This document shows positions 39,403 to 52,700 of a DNA stretch of 64,000 bases, piece after piece. Made by a program: the position numbers and the translations under genes. Location: positions 14,818,001-14,882,000 of the forward strand of contig OZ024743.1 in the NCBI GenBank assembly GCA_964016885.1, in the 5' to 3' direction. The DNA comes from Eledone cirrhosa (taxonomy: Eukaryota). The notes under the pieces were generated by a model. It ran no database searches. It had not been told where the DNA came from and saw nothing but the letters and a program-made list of their open reading frames with translations. Within the stretch, counting starts at the first letter, position 1; each line of letters starts with the position of its first letter.

Positions 39403-42150
39403 ATGACCTCACTCAGAATAGGCAGCATAAATGCGCGTGGCTTGGAGTCGTCATGGAAGCAGGGTCACCTGCTCAACGACCTCAGGTCACTAAACATAGA
39501 TGTAGTGGCTATCAGCGAGACCAGAATCTCCGAAGCACGGGCCTTCGCACCGATCTTCGGCGGCTACGATGTGTACGCATCTCCCAGCCGTCCTGGATCG
39601 GGGGGAGGAGTTGCTGTGCTTTTTCGGAGGGGTTTGGATCTCGACATACGGGCCCTCTTCCTGGACCCAGAGGGTAAGCTGGTGGTGCTGGACGTGACCA
39701 GCGGAGACGGGCAAGCTTTCAGGCTAGTGGCCGTCTATGCTCCGACAGGAGCAGGGCGGCCTGATTTCTTCCGGCGTCTGGAGACATTTCTCGGAACGTC
39801 CCGCTCTTTAGTGTTAGTGGGCGAGTGGAACGGGATCTTAGATGCACGTAGGGACTGTGTGGGATTAGCGGATAGGGGAGGAGGATGCAAGAGTCTCACC
39901 AACCAGCTCAGGTGTTTTGAACTGTCTGACAGGTACCGATTGGATTTCCCGAATGTGCTAATATAGACTTCGACAAATCGCATAGGGTCATCCAGATCAT
40001 ATATAGATAGAGTATTTTGTAGGGAAATAGATAGGTCTAGCATAGGCGGTCCACAATTCAAGATAGTCAGCTACAATGACCATAAATTCGTGATCTGTGT
40101 GCTTGACTTAGATAGGCTTCATAGACGAGGACCCGGCTACTGGAAGCTAAAGGCGTCATTACCAGCGCGCAAGGCCTACAGAGACCGGATTAGCGAACTA
40201 GTTAAGCGGGCGTTGACGGGGGCCATCGTCAACAACAAGTGGTGGTTTGCTCTGAAAAGAGCGATTAGAATAGAATACATTAGGTTTAGTAAGGCTTTAG
40301 CAATAGACAAAAATAGAGCAGAGGGAGAACTAGTTAGAAAATTAGACGAGGCGCTTAGCAAAGGCATTGCGTCCGACGTGCTTGCGGCGAAATTGGCCCT
40401 TGACCAATTCTTCAATGCAAAGCACGAAGGCTGCGTTGTCAGAGCAAGGGTGCGTGCTTTCAGACACGAGGGGGCGAAAGCCGTTCAATGGGCCCGATTG
40501 GCGGAGGCGCATCGTGGCAACAAAGCCACGATCCGGTCTTTGGTGGACCACGACGGGCGCATGCTACTCGATCCCGGGCAAATGTGTGAAGCTTTTCAGC
40601 GACACTTCGCTCAGCTGTTCGGGGGCAGCGGTGGGCCGGGTCGATGGATGGACTTTAGTGTCCACCTCGACGGACTACCGCGGCTCTCGGCCACTGAGGC
40701 AAAGTGTTGCGAAAATCCGATAACAGACGCTGAAGTAACGGAGGCTATGACTGGCTGCACAAGGGGTAAATCGCCTGGTTTGGATGGTCTTCCCTATGAA
40801 CTTTACGTACAGATGCCAGACTTGTTCGGAGGCCTCTTGGCGGACGTCTACTGCAAGTGGCAACAGAACGGGAGAATTCCCAGTTCTGTGAGCCGAGGAG
40901 CGGTGGCGCTGCTGAGAAAGGATCCGAACAAGAGGGATAACATAGAAAATTTCAGGCCCATAACTCTGCTAAACACAGAGTTCAAGATTTTGGCCAAGGT
41001 GCTAGCAAACAGGTTTGCGCTTGTCGTTGGTGGTCTGGTGGGAGAGGCGCAGACATGCGCCATTCCCGACAGATCCATCCACGACCACCTCCACCTCATG
41101 CGATACATCGTAGAGAGGGTAGCTAAGGAACCTGGCACGGGTGGGTCCTTGATCAATTTAGATCAGTCGAAAGCTTTTGATAGGGTCGACCATCGTTACC
41201 TAGCGGCAGTCCTGAGTGCGGCTGGCTTTGGGCCCGTCTTCAGAGGCTGGATCGCTGCCATGCACAGCGACATCTGCTCTGTGGTGAGAGTGAACGGTCA
41301 CCTGTCGGAACCGTTCAACATCATGCGCTCGGTCAGCCAAGGATGTCCCCTCTCGTCCCTCTTGTACGTATTGACTCTCGAGCCATTACTGCACAGACTG
41401 GAGACGTTGAGGGGCGTCCCGCGCGAACTAGGATGCGGAAGATCCGTGTCAGCATATGCGGACGATGTCTCCGTAGTGGTGTCGAACGCCAAACACATCG
41501 AGGCGATCGGCACTACACTAAGAGAATACCAAGCGGTGACAGGAGCAATGATCAACCAGGAAAAGTCAGCTTGGCACCTGGAGAGGCAGGTCCATGACGT
41601 CCAACAGCGTCGTCGGACGCTGGACGGACGGATCGGTTAAATTGCTAGTGGTCTGGTTCGGTCCGGACCTCCAGACGGACAAAAACTGGGACGAGGTGAC
41701 GAGCAGGGTGGCTTCTCTCACCCAGAAATGGGCGGAGAGGAAGCTATCCCTGAAAGGTCGAGCGGAGGTGGCTAACGTGTACATCGCGTCTGTCATCAGC
41801 TACCGCCTGACCGTCGTACATTGTCCTAAGCCTCGCCTGACTGCGCTGGAGCGTTTGCTCTTTCGCTTTTTGTGGAAGGGACGCGCTCCGATGGTCAGGT
41901 GGTCCATCTGTTGTCAACACCCGCTACGTGGAGGGCTGGGCATGCCGTGGCTGATGATGCGCAGGCACGCGCTCAAGCTACGACATCTCCACCACTTCCT
42001 CGACGGTGATCAGGTGTGGTCGCTGTTTGCTAGACACGTATTTCCCCAGCTTGTTTCCTTGACGGAGCTGCAGTCCTGGGTCAAACGAAGACCGAGGGGG
42101 AGCGCCTGGAGACTGGAATGTCTTCAGGCGCTCACAGCCCTCGAACAATC
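39403..42150 (+). pseudogene. LINE ORF2 APE-RT, copy A
   Basis: Stop at 39964, small deletion near 41570, truncated at ~42150. Confidence 0.9.
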
Positions 42151-45100
42151 GCGCCGAGTGGAACGGGCATCCGAGTCCCAAATCCAAAAGGCTTTGGGAC
42201 ATGTGTGGGCAAAAAACCCACATCAGACGTGTGCAGAAGTATGGAACCGTGGACGTGTTCTTTGAAACACCACAGGAGGCTAGACAACACTCCATGGCCC
42301 CATTAAGAAGTGACGACTTCACACTCGTCCCAAGCTATTGTGGCCAGAGACTTGTGAAGATCAGGGTGACCCACGTTCCACCGGCCATCAACATTCCCTG
42401 GCTAATGGCTGCCGTCCTCGCCGGCATCAAGGCCAATACCAAGATAATTGAAATAGCGAAAGAATAGCAGGAGAACTGGACCGGATCTGGGATGGAGCTC
42501 CTGATCCAAGCGGACCATAACAGCATTGAGGAGATCCCAGAGGCAATAGACCTCACTGACGGCAGCTACCTCACCGTAATCGTCGAGGGCAGAAGAACTA
42601 GGTGTGTCGTTTGGGGTGAAGGAACCCACCTAAGGGCTTTCTGCCCTCAGGCTAAAAGGTTGAGCCCACCTCACTTACCCTCCCCAGTGACTCAACCATC
42701 AACACCACCAGCAGCAGAAACGGCAGCAACAACTGTAGCAGCAACAACAGAAGCAGATGTAACAACAACAACCCCAGCAACAGTAGCAAAACCAACACCA
42801 CCACAACACAACGCGCCAGAACTAGCACCAGCGCCTACACCATCCACCACGCCACAACCAAAATCAATGCCTGTCGAGGATTTTCCACTCCCCGGCTTAT
42901 CGCAACTGGAGACAGATTGTGACGACGAGGGGTGGGAAACGGTATCAGGAAAAAAGAAACCAAAAAAGAAAAACAATTCTCTTCCTTCCCCCTTCAAAAA
43001 CAAAATACAGAGGGTAACAAATAAATTAGCAAACAAGAAAGTTAAGACAGATATGCCACCATCCACACCAGTATCACCAACCCCATCACCACAAACACCA
43101 ACACCATCTCCATCATTAACCCCAACACCACCATCACCAACACCACAAAAGTCACCAAAAAGCGTAACAGAAACAAACCCACAACAAACGCAAACAAAAC
43201 AAAACAACCAAAACGATACACACTACACAGCATTAAATTTGAACAACAACTAATTATTACACTACATGCAACACAACACCAGCATCACAGAAAAATACTA
43301 CACAACAACCCAACAGTTCACACCACCACCACACATACAAATCCCTCGCATCACACAGAAAACGTACACGACACTAAAACAAAAATTCTCCAAATACATC
43401 GGAGACTTCCGACAAACACTCTCCAGGAGGATTTATAAGGACATCCTTCCGGAGGAGGCCACAAGCAGTGAAAAGGATGGTCAAACCATCCTTCCTCTAC
43501 GAGAAGTAAGGTAAGTGGTCTTTCCCATATTTTCCCCTCCATTTCAACATGACCTCACTCAGAATAGGCAGCATAAATGCTCGTGACTTGGGGTCGTCAT
43601 GGAAGCAGGGTCACCTGCTCAACCACCTCAGGTCACTAAACATAGATGTAGTGGCCATCAGCGAGACCAGAATCTCCGAAGCACGGGTCATCGCACCGAT
43701 CTTCGGTGGTTACGATGTGTACGCATCTCCCAGCCGTCCTGGATCGGGGGGAAGAGTTGCTGTGCCTTTTCGGAGGGGTTTTGTTCTCGTTATACGGCCC
43801 ATTTTCCTGGACCCAGAAGGTAAGTTGGTGGTGCTGGACGTGACCAGCAGATACGGGAAAGCATTCAGGCTAGTGGCCGTCTATGCCCCGACAGGAGCAA
43901 GGCAGCCTGATTTCTTCCGGCGTCTGGAGACCTTTCTTGGAACGTCCCGCTCTTTAGTGTTAGTGGGCGACTGGAACGGGATTTTATACGCACGCTGGGA
44001 CTGTGTAGAATTAGAGGATAGGGGAGGAGGGTGCAAGAGCCTCACCAACCTGCTCAGGCGTTTTGAACTGTCTGACAGGTACCGATTAGATTTCCCGAAT
44101 GTGCCAATGTGGACTTGGACAAATCGCATAGGGTCATCCAGATCATATCTAGATAGAGTAGTTTGTAGGGAAATAGATAGGTCTGGCATAGGCTGTCCAC
44201 AATTCAAGATATTCAGCTACAATGACAACAAATTCGTGATCTGTGTGCTTGACTTAGATAGGCTTCATAGACGAGGACCCGGCTACTGGAAGCTAAACAC
44301 GTCCTTACCAGCGCGCAAGGCCTACAGAGACCGCATTAGCGAACGAGTTAAGCGGGCGTTGACGGGGGCCATCGTCAACAACAAGTGCTGGTTTGCTCCG
44401 AAAAGAGCGATTAGAATAGAGCCCATTAGGTTTAGTAAGGCTTTAGGAATAGAGTAAAATAGAGCAGAGGGAGAACTAGTTAGAAATTTAGACGAGGCGC
44501 TTAGCAAAGACATCGCCACCGACGTATATGCTGCCAAACTGGCCCTTGACCAATTCTTCAATGCAAAGCACAAGGGCTGCGTTGTCAGAGCTAGGGTGCA
44601 TGCTCTCAGACACGAGGGGACGAAAGCCGTTCAATGGGCCCGAATGGCGGAGGCGCGTCATTGCAACAAAGTCACGATCCGGTCTTTGGTGGACCACGAC
44701 GGGCGCATCCTACTCGATCCCGGGCAAATGTGTGAAGCTTTTCAGCGACACTTCGCACAGCTGTTCGGAGGCAGCGGCGGGCCGGATCAAGGGATGGACT
44801 TTAGTTTCTACCTCAACGGACTACCGCGGCTCTCGGCCACTGAGGCGGAATGTTGCGAAAAGCCGATAACAGACGCTGAAGTACGGGAGGCAATGATTGG
44901 CTGCACAAGGGGTAAATCGCCTGGTTTGGATGGTCAGCCCTATGAACTTTACGTACAGATGCCAGATTTGTTCGGAGGCCTCTTGGCGGACGTCTACTGT
45001 AACTGGCAACAGAACAGGATAATTCCCAGCTCTGTGAGCCGAGGAGCGGTGGCGCTGCTGAGAAATTATCCGAACAAGGGGGATAACATAGATCATTTCA

Positions 45101-47217
45101 GGCCCATAACTCTGATGAACACAGAATTCAAGATAGTGGCCAAGGTGCTAGCAAAGAGGTTGGCGCTTGTAGTTGGTGTTCTGGTGGGAGAGGCACAGAC
45201 ATGCGCCATTCCCGACAGATCCATCCACGACAACCTCCACCTCATGCGATACATCGTAGAGAGGGTAGCTAGGGAACCATGGCACGGGTGGGTCCTTGAT
45301 CAATTTAGATCAGTCGAACGCTTTCGATAGGGTCGACCATCGTTACCTAGCGGCAGTCCTGAGGGCGGCTGGCTTTGGGCCCGTCTTCAGAGGCTGGATC
45401 GCTGCCATGCACAGCGACATCTGCTCTGTGGTGAGAGTGAACGGTCACCTTTCGGAACCGTTGAACATCATGCGCTCGGTCCGCCAAGGATGTCCCCTCT
45501 CGTCCCTCTTGTACGTATTGACTCTCGATCCATTACTGTAAACAGTAGTCGTTGAGGGTGTCCCGCGCGAACTAGGATGTGGAAGATCCGTGCCAGCATA
45601 TGCGGACGATGTCAACGTAGTGGTGTCGGACGCCAAACACATCGAGGCGATCGGCACTACACTAAGAGAATACGAAGCGGTGACAGGAGCAATGATAAAC
45701 CAGGAAAAGTCAGTGGGCCTGCAGCTCGGAACCTGGAGAGGCAGGTCCATGTCGTCCAACAGCGTCGTCGGGTGCTCGACCGACGGACGGACCGGTTAAA
45801 TCGCTAGGGGTCTGGTTCGGTCCGGACCTCCAGACGGACAAAAACTGGGACGAGGTGACGAGCAGGGTGGCTTCTCTCACATAGAAATGGGCGGAGAGGA
45901 AGCTATCCCTGAAAGGACGAGCGGAGGTGGCTAACGCGTACATCGCGTCCGTCATCTATTACCGCCTGACCGTGGTACCTTGTTCTAAGCCCCGCCTAAC
46001 TGCGCTGGAGCGTTTGCTCTTTCGCTTTTTGTGGAAGGGACGCGCTCCGATGGTCAGGCCGTCTATCTGCTGTCAACACCCGCTACGTGGAGGGCTGGAC
46101 ATGCCGTGGCTGATGATGCGCAGACACGCGCTCAGGCTACGACATCTCCACCTCTTCCTCGGCGGTGATCAGGTGTGGTCGCCGTTTGCTAGACACGACT
46201 TTCCCCAGCTCGTATCTTTGACGGAGCTGCAGTCCTGTGTCAACCGAAGAGCGAGAGTGAGCGCTTGGAGACAGGAATGTTATCAGGCGCTCACAGCCCT
46301 CAACCAATCGGGAAATGTGATCGGTGGAAACTCCACCTTGGCGTTCTATAGAGGATTAGTTGAGGGGAAAAGCGTCGACGTACTCGGAGAAACTCTAGGC
46401 GTCGACGAAAATCAACTAGCCAATCTCTTCTGAAGGACTTTCGGGCCGGAGCCTATGGACAACTTCCAGAAATCCCTGGCCTGGCAGTGCTACCGGGGAG
46501 CTTTGCCAGTTCGGGATAAACTCTACAGGCATGGAGCTGCCGTCAGCCGGAAATGTCCGATTTGCGCGCAGGGCGACGAAACCGTCCTGCACGCACTCGT
46601 CCAGTGTCCGAGCATTGCTGACTTGTGGGTTTATTTTGAACACCTGCTGTCACGTGTAGGACGGATCCGGCTATCAGCTGAGTCCATCGTGAGGATTGCC
46701 CCGCCCTCTTCCTTTAGCCGGGAAGGGCAGGCAGTTTTTATCTGTCAGGTGGCCATGGCGAAAGAGATAGTATGGTGGACACGTTTGAAAGGGCTGAAGA
46801 CGAGCACTTACCTCTTCGGTGATGCCCTGATTAACTTTTTCAAATTTCATTTGAAAAGGAAAATCAGGGTAGAGAGGGAAGTGCTCTCTTCCCAGCATTT
46901 TGTTGAAAGATGGGTGAGAGAAGCAAGTATGGCCTGAGTGAATGGGTCTACTCTGAGTATGTGTCTGTAAATTAAAGGTGGAAAACTGGGAGAGGGCACT
47001 TGCCCTGGTGGTGAGGGTCACTGTGGTCTTTTAATGGGCTTTCTCCACAATTGTCCCTCGGAAATCTCCCCCCTATTGGGGAATTTTTCTTTGTTATTTT
47101 ATTACATCCTCTGTTTTTTTTTACACGCAGAAATGCCCACTTGTACCGTCCTGTATTGTCCTGTACTGTCCTTAATGTCTACTTTATGTAAACCCCTGTG
47201 GTTAATAAAGAAAACGT
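42151..47217 (+). mobile_element. Tx1/L1-clade LINE copy B: 5'-truncated ORF1, full-length disrupted ORF2 and 3' UTR
   Basis: ORF1 remnant 42151-43514; ORF2 43549-46937 with C-terminal CPIC..ETVLHALVQC; ends AATAAAGAAAACG(TTA)n. Confidence 0.93.
43549..46937 (+). pseudogene. LINE ORF2 APE-RT-CCHC, copy B
   Basis: Multiple stops and frameshifts (44455, ~45280, ~45540, ~45790, 45881, 46431). Confidence 0.9.
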
Positions 47218-47654
47218 TATTATTATTATTATTAATATTATTATTATTATTGTTATTGATCAGTCTCCCCTCGTTCTAATACGTATCACAAAATCTTCCC
47301 GTATTTCTAACAAAATGGCAATCCTTTATCCTCTAGAAGGATCGATTATATAGTATACCCGTCCATTTTCATCTTTGCGGAAGGAAAACATATCTTAATC
47401 ATACACAATATGACATTTTCAATTTCGTAGAGTATGCAATATCTTTACTTCCGCGCTTGCTTTAAAGGTCATATTTTGGCAGGTTGGAATGCTTTAAATC
47501 TTATAGATATTTCAGAGCGTAAATGTATAGACTTTCTCAGAGGATCTTGATTTATAGTTATGTTAATCTTCTGAGGTAACTATGGCTTACAATGCGAACA
47601 ATAAATAAAATAAAACAGAAATAAAGAAATACATATTTGTTCATGTACAAATAC

Positions 47655-47677
47655 GTGTGTGTCTCAATATATATTTG

Positions 47678-47755
<78 letters not shown>

Positions 47756-47887
47756 CATGCATATATATATATACACACATATATATATATACACACACAC
47801 ACATATATATTTATATATATATATATATATATAAATATATATGTGTGTGTGTGTATATATATATGTGTGTATATATATATATGCATG

Positions 47888-47948
<61 letters not shown>
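47655..47948. repeat. Compound (TA)n/(CA)n/(TG)n microsatellite
   Basis: Direct. Confidence 0.9.
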
Positions 47949-48567
47949 GAATATAGACATAGAATATTCGAAAATATTCTGTATGTTTATAATAAACATT
48001 TTGAAGACCTAATCGCTATAGAATAGAATACGTCACGTATTACAATTAGATTCTCGATAAAAGCAAGGGAAGTAATCTACGCGTTTCATTCTTATTAGAA
48101 ATCTTCAGGACTACATAATCGAGAATCTAATTGTAATACGTGACGTATTCTATTCTATAGCGATTAGGTCTTCAAAATGTTTATTATAAACATACAGAAT
48201 ATTTTCGAATATTCTATGTCTATATTCACATATATATCGCTATTTCAGAGCATTTATTCCAATTTCTAATTTCTGCCGGACCGGCAACCGCTCTTTCAAA
48301 CCAGTTCCTGTACACAGCTAAGTATTCTATAAGTCTCTAGCTGTGTCATTCTCGATAAAAGCACTGGATATGTAGTCCTGAAGATTTCTAATAAGAATGA
48401 AACGCGTAGATTACTTCCCTTGCTTTTATCGAGAATCTAATTGTAATACGTGACGTATTCTATTCTATAGCGATTAGGTCTTCAAAATGTTTATTATAAA
48501 CATACAGAATATTTTCGAATATTCTATGTCTATATTCACATATATATCGCTATTTCAGAGCATTTAT

Positions 48568-48573
<6 letters not shown>
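47948..48573 (+). mobile_element. Retrozyme-like element: 310 nt unit x ~1.5 plus inverted partial copy
   Basis: 'atcgagaatc' at 48118 and 48428, with identical repeats; 47948-48117 is the reverse complement of 48369-48538; lies in (TA)n. Confidence 0.85.
48372..48414 (+). ncRNA. Type I hammerhead ribozyme (antisense twin at 48072-48114)
   Basis: gtagtc-CTGAAGA-t-ttct-aata-agaa-t-GAAA-cgcg-TA-gattac; GUA triplet; palindromic stem III. Confidence 0.9.
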
Positions 48574-48618
<45 letters not shown>

Positions 48619-49269
48619 TATATATATATATACATCTGTGTGTACATAATATCATAAGGAATCATTTACTGAAGAGGTAGATTGATATATGCAGGTTTAA
48701 TGTCTAAAGAGAGCCTCTGCAACTGATATTAATTTATGCTGCACATCAAACCGCAACACTATATAAGCATATACAGGGTTGAATGTGTAAACACTGGTTT
48801 TCTGTATCGATTAGAGTTAAGTATTATCCGATCATGTATCTACCTGTTTTGGACTGCATATTGCTGATAAATATAGGTAAACTAAGGTTACATTGTTGAA
48901 CAGTTCGCTAAACGTAGCTTATTTCATTCTGTAAATAATATGTAGTCTTTGATATTGGAACATGTTTGTACAACAGTTCGTTCTATGCTTTAGTATTATT
49001 GTCTAGAGTCAATATATTAGTGTGCTTGAACACTCTATATTTATTGTACATTGGGGTATACTCTGTAATGTGCGAGCTTTATGTAACAAAAGGCATAAAC
49101 ACAGACAACCATTTATGATGAATATCTTCAAGCGAAAGAATGAGTTTCGAATATACTCGCGCATTTGTAAAATAATGTTTTCATCTGTGGTACATAAATA
49201 CTTCTTCGGCAACTAACTTTTTCGATCGCAGTAGAATGTGATATTTCCTCTACATTCTAGATATAAGTA

Positions 49270-49480
49270 ACAGTTGGAGTCTGCAGGCTGCTGCGTGTCC
49301 GCACTTAATTCTTCGTTAGAAACGTGACGGTACCTAGTGATATTAACCGTTGACCACAGACCTCTGTTATCAACGACTTCGATCCTCTTTGCCAGACGCT
49401 TTGTGAAGAGCCACGTTCTTCTCCATGGAAGAGAGCCGAGAGGACCGACGCATTGTAGGTATATGTTCCGAAAATCCGAG
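49270..49480 (-). mobile_element. Old RTE LINE fragment
   Basis: Minus strand gives YNASVLSALFHG..TWLFTKRLAKRIEVVDNRGL..HVSNEELSADTQQP across a frameshift. Confidence 0.65.
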
Positions 49481-49590
49481 AGGGCAGTGACTACAATTAA
49501 AAATGGTAATTAATAAGGTAATAGCGTATAGCGCTGTTTCATTGGTAAGAAATTATGTCACGAATGAAACAGTTCTAGCCCTGTAGATTT

Positions 49591-49594
<4 letters not shown>

Positions 49595-49688
<94 letters not shown>

Positions 49689-49695
49689 CGTGTGT

Positions 49696-49740
<45 letters not shown>
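49595..49740. repeat. (TA)n(TG)n microsatellite
   Basis: Direct. Confidence 0.95.
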
Positions 49741-52700
49741 CCTTTGGGTGTGAGCATGCGTGTATGTGGTTGTGTCATTTCTGAATATTGTAATATGTAT
49801 GTGGTAGTCGATAAAATATGAACAACTAACAATTAAATGAATAATCATGCTACTTCTGTAACATGGGAGGTGTCAGTAGGAATTATCAGTCGTACTCAAT
49901 TATATGTTACTGCTTTGCCAGAGTCAACTGTTCTTCCGACCTATATATTTGCAAAAATGTTATCCATAATGTATTAAGTGATTTAATCAATAATATATAG
50001 AGTTAGATTCTTACTGTCTTTGGCCACTCATTTGAGGAATAGATAATGAATGGATGAAAAGATAATTCATTACTTGCAAATCTACTGAGGGAATCCTTGA
50101 TTTGTAACATAAAACATACAATTTGTGTTTTGTCCAATTTTATGAAATTGAATATGTAAATTTTGGAAACGAATTAACTTTGTTAAATGCTTGTTAAACT
50201 TAGTTAAAGTATCAAGAACCTGAAATACTATGTTGAATCTGCCATATACGATAGATGGGTGGAATCTGCTCAATTAGTTGGCACTATCAATTTTGACTAC
50301 GTGTTATCCTATTGTTTAATGGAATACATAGTATACTGCAATGGGGCAGTACCCTTGTTGTTGAAATAAATACATGTGAATACGTAATTTAATATTTATC
50401 GTAACTAATATAATTTATGTTATGATGCAGTGACTCAGAATTGCGACTTCCTCTGAATATAATGTTTACTGTTTATCCATTAAAACAGACTACAATTCAT
50501 AAGTAATCTATATTGTAACACACTCGATGGAATACCTATACATACATAGATATTTTTGCAAACGAAGTATGTCAAATATTTATTCGATGTTATTGTATAA
50601 ATCGTACCTCCATTCAATTCATAATAGCGGTACCTCAATATTATGCTTTGAAGGCTAGCATCTAAGACACCTAAATCTCAATGGTTCAATCTATATAGGT
50701 GTAAATAATGTTATGTGCCATGCATGGGCACTGTGATATAGAAGTGTGTTTCTCGAAAGGTCTCTGGTGTACACATATTTGCGACATATTCTTTCAGATT
50801 TATAAGTTCAAGATATGTAAAAAGCCGCCACATAATTCTCTGTTACGATGTCAGCTCTTCTATAAATCCGCCGTGGCCCGGTGAGTTTGGATGTCGCTTA
50901 ACAACTTAGGAAAAAAGGAAGAATCCATATTATAAATAGTCATTCAGAGAACAAGATATCAATAACAATTTGACTAATCACAGAATTTAGATTCCAGCAT
51001 AAATGTTAGAATATGGAAGATAAGAATAAAGCGACAAACATTTTTATTTTCATTGTCTATATATGAAGAGCAGTGTAATATAAATGCTGAAACTGTGTTC
51101 ATGACTGATAACGTATATCGTACTAAGCGCTGAAAGCTTAAATAATATTTTGTCTTTTGAAGAATATAGTTTAAATGCTTCAGTAAATGCGTTAATATGT
51201 GTTTGTAATGAATATGGGTAAGTGTTTCAATAATAATGAGAATGCATTCACGTATCAGACGTATTTTGTCATTTGCCATGTAAAATTGTTGCTTTCAGAC
51301 AGGGCTCAAATTACTATAATCTAGTTCTAATAAAATGTTGGCTCATCTTCGTTAACATGTTACCCTGAAAATGTTTGGCAATAAAACAACATAGAACATT
51401 ATGATATTCATGCACATATCAAGCCTTCAATCCTCTAAATAAATGAGTTGGACCCATCATATAATAAGATCTAGAACATTTTCATTTACAAAGCGTTCAA
51501 CTATTCGTTTACGTCATAGACATAAGTCTGCGTGAATATAACAACAATTAACATGTGGTTATGCTTAATATAGTCATGAATGATGAATTGATTTTGATTC
51601 ACATACGTCTGTAATTCAATTGGGAAATGCATGAACTTTCATAATTTCATTTTCCTCATCTCTTAAAATTAAAGGAGATGGCTCTTGTTAAATCAATTCT
51701 TTTATTACGCAAGGGCCAATAAATCAATTGATTATCTATTTATTATAATATTTATCTATTGTGGTTACACATAAAGTCAAACAGTGAGATATTGATGGTT
51801 TCCTAAAGCATGGAAATTGTCAGAAGCATTAGATCATGGGAGAAACGTGTTACTGCGTTTACTCAATGCCCTTGTGTTCTTAGTTCAATATACACAGTGG
51901 TCAACTTTCTTTTTAGATTCTTACAGAGGTGGTCTCTTAATTCCTTAGAGTTCCGATCAATGGCATTCTTTCCGTCATTTACTGAATTTAAAGCAGATTA
52001 TACCGTTTATATTTAACCATGGATAATCTTAGTAATAACCATTTAATTTCGTGAGGAAAAGTGATACATGATGACGATGATATAAAATTATTTTAATAAG
52101 ATCTAATACTTTAATATTAATATGAAAACAAAAGGTGTTCATAACAATGTTTAATATTAGATAATTCCTTAGATAGGTTATGTAACAATATAGTAGGTAC
52201 TGAAATTTTGATTTCCGTCTGTCATGTCATTTTGTTCACCTCCAGTGCCATGTATAAGAAATAAGTATTAACATGTAAAGATTGACAGAACTTGTCTTTA
52301 AAATATTTGCGCACATGTTCACTTTCCATACGTTCCCCCACCTTCAGCAACATTCAATATGATGTACGGTGAAAAAATATATTCTCTAAAGTATAATTTA
52401 TCCGAAGGAAATTCTCGCCATTCCATGCAATGTAGAATTTATTATGCAGCAGGTGTAGCTGCCAGTCGTAAACTAAACTTGTTTTCCTAAATTTCGGGCT
52501 AAAATATCGATCCACCTTCTAGTAATTATAAAGAAACGTATATTGTGATCTATGTTTATTTGATTCATTATGGAATCATATATATTTCGCAATGCTGTTC
52601 ATGCTGTAAAGGAGTGCATGAAGTTAATGTTTAATCTGGTAATGTTTAATCTGGTAAATTTTCATTGCCTTGGAGCGATGCTCGTTCCTAAAAGAAATGT

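Larger units (their letters stand above)
37057..42150 (+). mobile_element. Tx1/L1-clade LINE copy A: 5' UTR, ORF1 and 3'-truncated ORF2
   Basis: ORF1 has a gag knuckle CFRCGSKTHLRAFC. ORF2 has APE (IGSINARGL, ISET, VYAP, SYIDR) and RT (KSPGLDGLPYE, FRPITLLN, LDQSKAFDRVDH, QGCPLS, YADD). Confidence 0.93.
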
